Below, in pieces: positions 36,795 to 48,500 of a DNA stretch of 49,013 bases; the first letter of the stretch is position 1, and every line of letters begins with the position of its first letter. The notes beneath the pieces were generated by a model. The model made no database searches and was not told where the DNA came from. It saw nothing but the letters and a program-made list of their open reading frames with translations. The stretch is from Octopus sinensis (lineage: Eukaryota): assembly GCF_006345805.1 (NCBI RefSeq), contig NW_021834511.1:1-49013 (forward strand), read 5' to 3'. The position numbers and the translations under genes are program-made.

Positions 36795-37210
36795 CATGGT
36801 TCCATGTTCAGTCCCACTGCGTTGCACCTTGGGCAAGTCTCTTCTACTATAGCCTCGAGCCGACCAAGGCCTTGTGAGTGGATTTGGTGGACGGAAACTG
36901 AAAGAGGCCTGCCGTGTATATATGTGTGTGCGTGTGTGTGTGTGCGTGTGTATGTATGTATGTGTGTGTGTGTGTTGTGTGTGTGCGTGTGTATGTATGT
37001 GTGTGTGCTTGTGGGTTTGTACCTCCAATATCGATTGACAACTGATACTGGTGTGTTTACGTCCCCTTAACTTAGTGGTTTGGCAAAAGAAACTGATAGA
37101 ATAAGTACTAGGCTAACAAAGGTTAAGTGCTGGGATCGATTTACTCGACTAAAGGCGGTGCTCCAGCACGGCCGCAGCCAAATGACTGAAACAATTTAAA
37201 GAATAAGAGA
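36795..37210 (+). mobile_element. SINE family B copy
   Basis: Homologous to 6027-6425. Confidence 0.85.
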
Positions 37211-37374
37211 ACCTATATTTTACTCTTAGTCAAAATATGTCGAAAAGACAGAAACAAGTACTAACTGTTGCAAAATGAATTTCATGATAACATTTTTTAG
37301 AATTTTCTTCGTTGTCTTATTTTCCTTGAACACATCAACTCGTGTGTCACTTTACAACATTATACATGTATATT

Positions 37375-37640
37375 CTTTTATTCTTTTGCTTGTTTCAGCC
37401 ATTTGACAGCGGCCAGGCTGGAGCACCGGCTTAAATCAAACATATAGACCCCAGGGATTATTCTTTGTAAGCCTAGTACTTATTCTATCGGGTCCTTTTG
37501 CCGAACTGCTATGTTACGGGGACGTAAACACACCAATATATGACAGGGCTCTTTCAGTTTCCGTCTATCAGATCCACTCACAAGGATTTGGTCGGTCCAA
37601 CCTACCCAAGGTTTAATACAGTGGGACTGAACCTGTTACC
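37375..37640 (-). mobile_element. SINE family B copy, internally deleted, inverted relative to 36795-37210
   Basis: Reverse-complement matches to head (ggttcagtcccactg), core and tail. Confidence 0.8.
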
Positions 37641-37808
37641 TGCGACTATATATATATATATATATATAATCTACAAAGCCTTTTTTTATCTCATTACGAA
37701 TATATATATATATATATACGGGAAAGTTTGCGAAAATAAACAAAAGACGAAGGCAGGTGGTGTACAAACAAACAGCTGCATTAGTATAGCGCTCAGGAAT
37801 AGAAAAAG

Positions 37809-37846
37809 TCTTTTACGTTTCGAGCCTCCGCTCTTCTACAGAAAGA
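37809..37846 (-). ncRNA. Minimal hammerhead-like motif with variant core
   Basis: UCUUU-CUGUAGA-A-GAGC(GGAG)GCUC-GAAA-CG-UA-AAAGA: 5-bp stem I, 4-bp stem II, palindromic ACGU stem III; A6 replaced by U. Confidence 0.45.
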
Positions 37847-37855
37847 TATACACAT

Positions 37856-37935
<80 letters not shown>

Positions 37936-38319
37936 TATATATATACATATATATGTATCATTCTTTTGTTCTTTTACTTGTTTCAATCATTTGACCGCGG
38001 CCATGCTGGGGCAAAGCCTTGAAGGGATTTAGTCGAAAAAATGACGTTCATCGTTTCCATGTAACCTATGATGGCGTTGCTGTTTCCAAAGTTTTATTTT
38101 CGTTTCTCTATTAGTAATTATTTTCGCGTATCTATGGACTCTTGAGGGATGATTGATACTATACTGACCACAGAGGGATGTAAAATAGGCAGGTAGGTTT
38201 AGTTTCGTAAGTAGACAGATACCTCTTTTATCTTTGCCAAGGAATCATCTCACCATCGTCCTTGGTCATTTCAACATGGATCTCCTTGATTACATATTTG
38301 AATGTAAATGTGAAATGAA

Positions 38320-39545
38320 TCATTGGTTCCTAGTAAACTGAGTAAGTATTTTAAAAGCAAGCACTCTCATTTATAAGGTAAATCTATAAGTTATTTCAAA
38401 AGATAGGTAGAACAGCAGACGATTGCAGGAAACTCTTTCGAAAGTACGATGACGATTTCTGAAAAAAATCTCAAATCGCCTCCAACGAGGTTTCAGAACT
38501 GATAGCACAAAATATGAAAGCTCACACTTTGGCGAGTCACTCATTCTGCCTGCGTATAAGAAGATTGTGAAGACAATGCTGGGAAATTATGCTGCAAAAG
38601 AAGTAAATAGGAATCTTGTCTCTAACGATGCTGTTCTCAAACGTATTCTAGAAATGTCATCTAATATCGAGAAAACAAAAAACATTTGTAGTAATAATCT
38701 TCAGTATTCAGATTTTGCATTTGTTGTTTGTTCCTTCTTGAGCCCTGCCTGGCTCATAAGGGCCGGTTTCCCGGTTTCTTGGCGTATAGATTCTCCACCT
38801 GGATGGGACGCCGGTCTGTCACAGTTGAGCTGCAAGATGCAGGAGGAAAGAGTGAGAGAAAGTTGTGGCGGAAGGGTCAGCAGAAGTCCACCATTACCTT
38901 CTGCCGGAGCCGCGTGGAGCTTAGGTGTTTTCGCTCATAAACACTTGCATCGCCCGGTCTGAGATTCGAACCCGCGATCCCTTGACCGCGAGTCCGCTGC
39001 TCTAACCACTAGGCCATGTGTCTCCACAGATTTTGCATTACAAATTGATGAGTCAACAGACAACGCCAACAAAGCGCAGCTCTTAGCATTTATTCCTTTT
39101 ATTGATGAAGATCAAATTGTAAATCAATCTCTTTTCTGCAGAGAATTAGATGCGACTACAAAGGGCGAAGATGTTTACAACATTTCGAATATTTACCTGT
39201 GCAAATGGCAAATACCATGGAAGCCATGTGTCGGGTTTGTACAGATGGAGTTCCATCAATGGTAGGCTGCGTTAAGGGCCTGACATCCTTTATAAAAAAT
39301 AAAAATAAAAATGTCATCATAACTCACTGCTTTCTTCATAGAGAAGCATTGATGACAAAAGCATTAGGAGATAAATTAAGCGAAATTTTGAATCACGCTG
39401 TTGAGATTGTAAATTATATAAAACAAGACCAGAAAAAATGGCGTTTATTCGAGCAGTTTTATATCGATATGGATTCACAACACAGACATCTGCTTTTTGC
39501 ACACAGAGGTGAGGTGGCTTTCAAAGAGGAAAGTACTTAATCGTG
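38320..39545 (+). mobile_element. Degenerate Buster/Charlie-group hAT transposase remnant (ZBED5/SCAND3-like)
   Basis: LILPAYKKIVKTMLG..SNDAVLKRI..FAL|QIDESTD..CTDG..CFLHREAL..HTEVRWLS across frames; interrupted by a SINE. Confidence 0.88.
38722..39026 (-). mobile_element. tRNA-derived SINE, family D, with 13-bp TSD CAGATTTTGCATT
   Basis: A box TGGCCTAGTGG, B box GGTTCGAATC; TSD at 38709-38721 and 39027-39039; removing it restores FALQIDESTD. Confidence 0.92.
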
Positions 39546-39614
39546 GTTACTGTAAGGTGGGGTCTGTTTTGATTAGGAATAATGAAAGTTACTTTTCAAA
39601 ACATTGTCTGGACT

Positions 39615-39685
39615 TATTATCATTATCATCATCATCATTGTCCAATGCTTGCTTCCCAAGTAGGTATGGGTTGGAAAATCCGGAT
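39615..39685 (-). mobile_element. Short RTE-type 3' tail ending in (GAT)n
   Basis: catcatcatcattgtccaatgcttgcttcccaagtaggtatgggttgga resembles an RTE 3' end with a trinucleotide tail; short. Confidence 0.4.
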
Positions 39686-39889
39686 GCAAGAATGTTTCTA
39701 TTTATGTATATACATACACACACACACACTTATGCATATATCTAAGGGTTCCAGATGGGTTTATAAGGAAGTTGATGTGATTTGCATATTTTCAGACATT
39801 GAGTTTCGGGGAGAATTTTGCTATGAAGTGTTGTTCCATATTTTTTCTGAAGTGCTGTCATTCCTTGGGCATTTAGAGAAGGGAAGGAA

Positions 39890-40345
39890 ATGAGAAACTT
39901 ATTAAACAAATACTGCATAAGAAACAGTAAACGTCAAGAGAAAAAGCTGAAAAACCAACTGACAAGAGCAAAATTCTCATCAGAGAATGAAACCGAATTC
40001 TTTGTGAAAGAATGTGGAGATGGTAGATGTGGGATCTGCAGTAACGCCATCTACAAATATATAGAGAGAAACAACCAAATCAAATTTAAGAATGGACACA
40101 CATTCAAAGCAAATGCAAACATGAAATGCAAGACATAGAATTTAATATATTGCATAACCTGACCCACGTGCAAGGAGAACTATATAGGTGAAACTGGTGA
40201 TTCTTTATGCGAACGAGCCAGAATTCACAGACAAAAAATTCTACTAAGTAAACACTTGGAAACATGTGGGCAAGGAAGATTCGAGACCTTTCACTTTGGA
40301 AATATTTTTCTTTCACATCCCCTGGTGAACTGGCCCAACCAAAGT
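39890..40345 (+). mobile_element. Penelope-like element GIY-YIG endonuclease fragment (Neptune-type, Cys-rich linker)
   Basis: KECGDGRCGIC..FKNGHTF..KCKT*NLIYCIT*PTCKENYIGETG..L.ER..IHRQ. Confidence 0.85.
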
Positions 40346-42650
40346 AAGCATCTGTTCTAGCCACCTACATAAAAATATATATTCTTTTCCTTTTCTCTTT
40401 GTCTCCTGTTCAAAATGCTTCCTTTCAGATATACAGTCTCACACTCTCTCACTTCCTCCCTCCACTAAGTTATCTCAAGAACGTAGATATAGATGGAGTG
40501 ATGTAACATAGAATGCGGGGAAGCTGTTATCAACAACTGTTGCATTTGTTTCCATGTACGAATACATTTAGACTTATTGATTGGTGTTACACATTCATAT
40601 CTATGTGTATACGTAGGCATACGTGTGTAGAATACAACCCCACTTTTGGCACTATTTTATTAGTAAACAGTGCGAACTGTGTCTAAAGTATATGAATATT
40701 ACTACGCTGAATGTCGGACAGTTCGTGTAACATGTAAAACAAATAAACACGTAAAACGATAACAATGCCTTCATTTGATTTGTCTATCGTCCATTAGAAG
40801 GAAACGACACATAACATTAGTAAACAGTAAGAACTGTGTCTAAAGTATATAAATATTACTACGCCAAATAGATGAGACATACCAAGGTTGCAAGGGAGCA
40901 ATTGGGATAGCAGATGACATCCAAGTGCATGGCAAGGATGAGACCACACATGACTTCAATTTACATGAAGCTATGGAGAAAACCCGACAAGCAGGTATCA
41001 AACTCAATGCAGGCAAGTGTGTGATAAAAGCAAAGGAGTGCAAATTCTTTGGAATTATATACTCTGCAGAGGGAGTTAAACCAGACCCCGCTAAAGTGGA
41101 AGCCATCAGAGACATCAGAGAACCCAAAGACAAGAAGGAACTCAGGAGCTTCCTGGGATTCATCCACTACATGGGAGCCTTCATACCCAAGCTGGTCGAT
41201 CACACTGCAAATCTCCGAGAACTAAACAAAGATGACGTAGAGTTTGATTGGTGTGCTTCACACACAGAGGATTTCAAAGCAATCAAAAAGCTCATCAGTA
41301 AGGAGACAACTCTGCAATACTATGACAGACGCAAACCAGTAATACTTCAAGTCGATGCTTCTATGAGAGGAGTTGGCGCAGCACTGGTACAGGAAGGTAA
41401 ACCCATTGCATATGCTTCGAAAGCTCTCTCACCCACAGAGACAAGGTACGCAAATATTGAAAGGAACTCCTGGCAGTAGTATATGGATGTGAAAAGTTCC
41501 ATACATACCTGTATGGCAGAGGTTTCAATATTGAATCAGACGATCGCCCGCTAGAACAAATACACAAGAAAAACCTCATGAAAGCACCAGCCAGACTGCA
41601 AAGATTACTGTTAAGGCTTCAAACATACGACTACGATATCAGGTAAAGCCAGGAAAAGTCCTGATATTGGCGGATGGTCTTTCCAGACTATCCTCACATG
41701 ATAAACAGGAGATGGAAGGACTAAGCATAAAGGTTCACCACATTGTAAATGTAACAACTACAAAGCTAGCAGAAATCAAAGAGGAGACCAGCAAAGATGA
41801 AGAACACCAGCTCCTTATTCTGATGGTGATTCAGGGGTGGCCAGAAAAGAGACGTCAGGTGCAGCCCCTCGTTCGTGAATATTGGGCCACCCATGAAGAT
41901 ATATCAGTGGAGAATGGAATCCTGATGGCTGGATCCCGAATAATTATACCCAAGTCAATGCAAAAAGAGATTCTTGACAAGATCCACCAAGGGCATCTAG
42001 GAATGGAGAAATGCAAGCTCCGAGCCAAGTCAGCAGTATATTGGGTAGGCATGTACAAAGATATAGAAAAGACAGTTTCTACATGCCACATCTGTCAAAA
42101 GTACAGAAACTCACAACAAAAGGAGGAAATGATATCTAGTGACGTCCCAAGAAGGCCATGGCAAGCTATTGGAGTAGATCTGTTCACGGAAAGCCAAGAT
42201 TGCTACTACTCCAAATTTCCTTTTGTGAGAAAAGTGAAAGACCTGAGAGTCAAAACAATCACTACAGTGGCTCGAGGACTTCTAGCAGAGCAAGGAATAC
42301 CAGAGCAGATCATATGTGACAATGGAACCCAGTTCACATCGCAATAATTAAAAAAGCTAGCCGATAAGTATGTGTTCAATATTACAACCTCAGTTCCACA
42401 CTACCCCAAAGGTCATGGGTTTATAGAAAGACAGGTGCAGACAGTGAAGAGAACACTAGTCAAATGCCGAGAGACTAAGGAAGACCCACACATGGCACTT
42501 CTGTCCCTACGAGCGACACCGCTCAGAGCTGACATGAAATCCCCAGCAGAATTGCTGAATGCCAGGTAGTACAAAACTACCCTGCCAACCAAGATCCAAC
42601 CTCCTATTGACCAGGAAGAGACAAGGGCAAAGCTAGCAGTTACTCTAGAA

Positions 42651-45481
42651 CAGGGGTGGGCAAACTACTGCCCCCGTCCGCATGCGGCCCGCCATAGGTT
42701 TTCATGCGGCCCGCCGAGAGCTTTTATGAATCCCAACTTCTATGCAGATACTTCGTAACTGTTTCAGTTGTACGGTAATTCACAATAGTTTGCATTTTAT
42801 TTCATGACATCATAATAAAACACATTTCCGGGTGAAGATATCTTTTCTGTGTTTTCTCGTAAGACCCTACAAAAACAAAAGTTAATAGAACAATGAAACA
42901 AGTATTGTGGCAATACAACGAGTCAATCGATATGCTTGAAACATTCAAATAAATAAATCACGTGATAGATGGTGAAGAGGGCATGATGGACGATGCGTTT
43001 CGTTCCAATGAAGAAGCCGGCCAGGTTAATAAAAGGGCTTGAACCAGCTTTTTCTGGACACAGAGCTGTGGTTGGTTATCATTCACTCTATCGATTATTT
43101 GAATTTAGTACAGACTCGAGTGTTTCAAACTAGCTTTTGTTGTCTGATAAAATTTACCCAAAATGAGTTGTTCGAAGCTATCTAAAAAGCGAAAATTTGA
43201 AGAGGAATGTCGTGTTTTTCATGAAAATCGGACTGAAAAGTATTTCTTTACCGACGTTGGAGTGAAAGCTGCATGTTTGATTTGTTCTGAAACAGTTGCT
43301 GTGTTCAAGGAATATAATTTGAAACGCCACTTTCAAATGAAGCACGCCAATTTTGGACACAATTTATCAAAACATGAACTGCAAAAGAAAGCAAATGATC
43401 TGACAAAACGTTTGAAGCAACAGCAAAATGTGTTTGATAAAACTTCCTCTTTGCAAAGGAACGCGACAAAGGCAAGTTTTATATTGGCCAACAAAATTGC
43501 AAAGCAAAACAAGTCATTCGCAGAAGCAGAATTTATCAAAGATTGTATGGTTGATGCTGTCAGCGTTGTGTGTCCTGAAGTTAAGTCAAAAGTAGAAGCC
43601 ATTTCCCTGTCACGAAGAACTATTGTTCGTCGCATTGATGCAATTGCCGTAAGTATTCATGAACAGCTGTTAACAGCCAGTGGTCGATTTCAGTGGTTTT
43701 CTATTGCTTTAGATGAGAGTACTAATATTCAGGATACTGCTCAGTTACTCATCTACATCAGAGGAATTGACGAAAACTTTGAAATTACAGAGGAATTGTT
43801 ATCTATGGAGTCTCTCAAAGACACTGCTACTGGAAAAGATTTGTTCAACAGTGTCATTAACAGTTCAATCAGGTCTGGATTAACCCTAAATAAACTGGCC
43901 AGCATTACAACCGATGGAGCTCCTTCACTCACCAGTAAACATTCCGGCCTTGTGAAGTTGTTGAATGACAAAATCAAAGAAGATTTTCCACTACACAGTG
44001 TGTTGTCTTTTCACTGCATCATACATCAAGAAAGCCATTGTTAGTCATCTTTAAAACTCAAACATGTCATCGAACCTGTGGTGCGTGCAGTGAATTTAAT
44101 AAGATCACGGGGATTGAAACACAGGCAATTCCGAAGTTTCTTGGAGGATGTGGAGGCTGTTTTTACTGATGTGCTGTACTACACAAATGTCCGCTGGTTA
44201 AGCATTGGAAAAGTTCTTAAGAGAGTATGGGACCTCAAAGCAGAGATTCTTATGTTTCTCAAAATGCAAGACATCTCCTGTGACTTTTTAAACGAAATGG
44301 AGAGTGACGAATGGGTTTGTGATTTTGCATTTGCTGTGGACATAATGCAGAAGCTGAATGAACTTAACACAAAACTGCAAGGCAAAGGTATATTTGCTCA
44401 TGAATTGTACCTGGAAGTGAAAGCTTTTCAATGGAAGCTTGGACTTTTTGCCAAGCAGCTGAATGAGCAAAAATTTATTCACTTCCTCTGCTGAAAACAC
44501 AGTCTGTTACACAAGAATCATCGGACAAGTACAGTTCCCAGTTGATGGCTTTACAAAAGGAATTCATTAGAAGATTTGCTGATTTCAAGGCAGTTGAAGG
44601 CCTGTTCAATTTGCTTAACTCACCTCTTGCCTGTGACATTGAAACAACTACCGAGGAACTGCAGATAGAACTGATTCATTTGCAAGCCGACAATTCTTTA
44701 AAGATGATGTTTGAAAGTAAACCACTGGTCGAGTTTTATGCTTCTCTACATTCAAAAAAGTTTCAAAATCTAAACAAATTTGCAAGAAAGATGTTTGTGT
44801 TGTTTGCATCAACTTACATATGTGAGCAGACTTTCTCCATCATGAAAATTAACAAGGGGAAGAATCGATCACTTCTCACAGACTCAAATCTTCAGTCAGT
44901 GTTAAGAATCAGCACAAGCAACTTGACACCTAATTTTGACAAACTGGTAAATGGCAGTAGTCAGCTGCATCATTCTCATTGACATTGTTATTTACAGAGC
45001 CGCTTTGTTTTTCAAATAAATGCTTCAGGTGACGTTTCTAATTTCAGATATCAATTCATATTAATAAACTGTTATTTCTCTTTAAAATCTTTTATTTTGG
45101 GTATCCTAGAATTTAAGTATAATATTCATGGTTGTCCATAATATTAAGAGGTGGTTGTCCACAATCAGTGCAGATTTTACTAGGAAAATTCCGTTCCTGG
45201 CAATTTGTAAGCAATAACAGGCTGTCCAAAATAACCGAGGTTCCTGTAATAATTTCAACTATAGGAGCAAATAACCGAAAAACATGAACCCGATACTCTA
45301 AAAAATAAATTAAATCACTTAAACCAGGAATATTTCACAAAATTTCCTTTCAATCAATTGTGTGTTTATAGGTCTATAACCGCCTTAAAAAATATCTTCA
45401 CTCGATTTTTATAAATGAGGCCCGCCAAGGTTCCAAAGACGCACTGTGCGGCCCGCGATCAAAAAAGTTCGCCCACCCCTG
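42651..45481 (+). mobile_element. Full-length hAT DNA transposon (Buster/Charlie group, SPIN/GTF2IRD2-like), 2831 bp
   Basis: TIRs CAGGGGTGGGCAAACT / AGTTCGCCCACCCCTG (1 mismatch); TSD CTCTAGAA at 42643-42650 and 45482-45489; subterminal GCGGCCCGC motifs at both ends. Confidence 0.97.
43163..44982 (+). pseudogene. hAT transposase, about 606 codons, with two lesions
   Basis: BED-like CLIC..NLKRHF..KH, LDESTN, ITTDGAP, HCIIHQE, VRWLS, FASTYICEQTFS; in-frame TAG at 44042-44044 and a -1 frameshift near 44485. Confidence 0.92.
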
Positions 45482-45938
45482 CTCTAGAACAATCACAGAA
45501 ATATTACAACAAACATGCACAATACTTACCTGAGTTACTTGGAGGCCAACATGTGCATACTCAAGATCCCATAACTAAAACATGGATCCCAGCACAGGTT
45601 GTCAGTAGAGCTGAAGATCCAAGATCGTATATAATAGAAACGGAATCTGGTAGGCAGCTGAGACGCAACAGGGCCCACATCCGCCCAACACCAAAGCTGT
45701 TGAGGACAACGTGTACAACACCTGCTGCATCAGTGACAACACCCACAGGATCATCACCCCAACCACCCATCAGCAGCCCAAAAACACACCTCAGACACCG
45801 GTACCACGTCCTCGCAGTGTTGTCTTTTTTGTGTTTGTTGTTCTTCTTTTGGGGATTTTATTTTCTTATTGCCTGCTATTTTTACAGGCGCACAAGAAGT
45901 GCATGGACATACACACTACTTGTCTTTATTCTTCTCCG

Positions 45939-45939
<1 letters not shown>

Positions 45940-45995
<56 letters not shown>

Positions 45996-46012
45996 ATATA
46001 TATATATATATA

Positions 46013-46043
<31 letters not shown>

Positions 46044-46052
46044 CCATATCTA

Positions 46053-46136
<84 letters not shown>

Positions 46137-46149
46137 CATCCATCCATCC

Positions 46150-46213
<64 letters not shown>

Positions 46214-46262
46214 GTCTATCTATCCATCTATCTATTTATCTGTCTATCTGTCTATGTACCTA
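45940..46262. repeat. (TATC)n/(TA)n microsatellite
   Basis: Direct inspection. Confidence 0.95.
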
Positions 46263-46526
46263 CATGCCTTCCTAACTATCTCTCTCCCGATATATATATG
46301 TGTTTGTGTGTGATTAGAGAGAGAGAAAGATTGAGAGAGAGACATACAGATAGAAATAATTATAGATAATAATAATAACAACAACAACAACAGCAACAAC
46401 ACCACCACCAACAACAACAATAATAATATTCATAGTTTAAGATAATCAACTATATACAAAATGTAACCACATGAGAATCGTTGGCGATTCTATTCCTCTG
46501 TCTTCCTTTCTATTAAACTTTCTTCT

Positions 46527-46562
46527 GTTTCTGAAGAAAAATCGTTGCTCGAAACGTTAAAC
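46527..46562 (+). ncRNA. Minimal hammerhead-like motif with decayed stem II
   Basis: GUUU-CUGAAGA-A-aaaucguugcuc-GAAA-CG-UU-AAAC: canonical core, 4-bp stem I, stem II no longer paired. Confidence 0.35.
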
Positions 46563-46973
46563 CATATGTAGTACTCCTTGGAGTAGTCCGTCCGCTTTGG
46601 TCCTCCCGTGACTCCCACCTCTCACCTGTGGTTCATCAATGCTATCTGCATGCAACAGTATCCACACCCAGGCTCACGGCTTCCACAGGCTGGCTAAACC
46701 ATGGTAAGGGTAGCACACGGCCTTTAACCATTGGTGGACTAGGGCTTGTCTATCTAAGGATGTGAACCGGTGGAGTGTGCTGAGGAAACCACTAGACAGG
46801 CTCAACGGACTCGCAAACTTTGTGGAGGGTGAACTGCAACCTGTCTGTAGTTTTCTTCACTTCATCCTTCCACTGGAATCACAGAGGAAGGGACGAGAGA
46901 GTGAGCCAGATGCTATTGTGCAACCTTCCCTCACTTTAATCCATGTCACGCTCAGTTCAAGGGTCAGGTAAAA

Positions 46974-47130
46974 TATTGGGTTGGTGCATAATTATTGCGG
47001 CTATTTTTCAACAAATATTATTCAACAAAAACAATAAAAATATTTATCAAAAACATATTTACTGTTATTTCTAGCATCACGTAGGACCACCAATTGGATA
47101 ATATTCCTCTGGATGCTTCTTAAAGTCTCC
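46974..47130 (-). mobile_element. Mariner terminal fragment (TIR plus decayed transposase C-terminus)
   Basis: TA|TTGGGTTGGTGCATAATTATTGCGG resembles Hsmar1-type TIR TTAGGTTGGTGCAAAAGTAATTGCGG. Confidence 0.7.
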
Positions 47131-47349
47131 TTTAATCCTTCATGAAAAGCAATACAAAATATAAACTATTATTTTTAGCATATTACCCGACCACCTGTAG
47201 GACAATATATTTGATAGACGCCTCCTCAAGTGTTCTGCTTTTATAAAAAAAAAAAACATTTGGAATTTCAAGGTGTTTGCTTGCTGTTTCACGAATGATG
47301 CGAGACAATAGAGAGGTGAGATTCTTTTATAAAAGTCGGAATGGTTTTG

Positions 47350-48464
47350 GGAGGGAAACAATGAGATTAAGGGAAAGAAAGAGAGTGAGAGAGTGAGTAA
47401 AAAGAAGGAAAGAATGAAAGAGAGTGAGAGAGAGAGAAAGGAAGAAAGAAAAGAGAAAAAAGAAGGAATGAAAGAAAAGAGGAAGGAAGGAATAAAGTAA
47501 CATGATTCTGTAATAATGCATGAAATGAGAGCGGGGGAGAGAAGGAAAGAAAGAAAGGGAGAATGAATGAAGGAAAAAAGAAGGAAAAAAGAAAGAAAGA
47601 AGGGAAATAAAGGAAAGAAGGAGAGAAAGATAAGAGCAAGGCGAGAGGGAGAGAGAGTAAAAGGAGAAAAGGAATGGAAACGAAACAACAACAATAAAAG
47701 GAAGGAAGAAAAAGAAAAGAAGCAATGGAGAAGGAATGATAAGAGCGATGAAAGAAAAAAGAATGAAGTGTAAGAAGAAGGAAATGAAAACAGAAAGAAA
47801 GGCAAAGAAATAACGAAAATGAATGAATGAAAGAAGAATGAAAGAAAGAAAGAATGAGAGAAATGAAGGAAGAAAGGAAGACAGAAAGGAAAGAAAGACA
47901 GAATGAAAGAAGGAAAGAATGAGAGAAATGAAGGAAGGAAGAAAGAAAGGATAGAATGAGAGAAATGAAGGAAGGAAGAAAGAAAGGGAGGAAAGAAAGA
48001 AGAAGAAAGAAAGAAGAAAGAAAGAAAGAAGAAGAAAGAAAGAAGAAAGAAAGAAAGAAAGAAAGGAAGAAAGAAAAAGAAAGGGAAGAAAGAAAGAAAA
48101 AAGAAAGGAAAGAAAGAATGAATAAAGAAAGGAAAAGGAAAGAAAGAAAGAAGAAAGGAAAGAAAGAAAGAAGAAAGAAAGAAAGGAAAATGATGAAAAT
48201 AAAGAAAGGAAGGGGGGAAGGAAGGAAGGAGGGAAGAAAGAAAGAAGGAAAGAAAGAGAGAAAGAATGCGAGAGATGAAGGAAGGAAGAAAGAAAGGGAA
48301 GAAAGAAAGAAAGAAAAAAGAAGAAAGAAAGAAGAGGGAACGGAAAAGGAAAGAAGAAAGAATGAAAGAAAGAAAGAAAGGAAGTTCAAGAAAGGAAGAA
48401 AAAAAGAAAGATAGAAAGAAAAAAGAAAGAAAGAAAGAAAGAAAAAATAAATGAAAGAAAAAAA

Positions 48465-48500
<36 letters not shown>

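Larger units (their letters stand above)
40865..45810 (+). mobile_element. Ty3/Gypsy pol remnant (RT-RNaseH-integrase), no LTRs found, interrupted by hAT at 42651-45481
   Basis: GIADDIQV, LRSFLGF, VDAS..GVGAAL..PIAYASKAL, HQGHLG..CHIC, GVDLF..CDNG.QF..GFIER; frame AVTLE|QSQKYY is continuous across the hAT. Confidence 0.92.

Noticed and set aside
38960-39026. tRNA gene (also the heads at 3247, 6027 and 26495)
   Set aside because: A and B boxes are present, but they continue into SINE bodies and there is no complete cloverleaf.
40500-40860. Gypsy 5' LTR (TGTAAC start)
   Set aside because: No matching LTR after the integrase and no primer-binding site; the element starts mid-RT.
43163-44982. 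Domesticated GTF2IRD2/EPM2AIP1/ZBED-like host gene
   Set aside because: Retains TIRs and TSD and has disabling lesions, so it is a transposon copy.
45817-45887. 71-nt GT-AG intron at the end of the Gypsy remnant
   Set aside because: Weak donor (GTGTTG), and splicing yields no recognisable protein.
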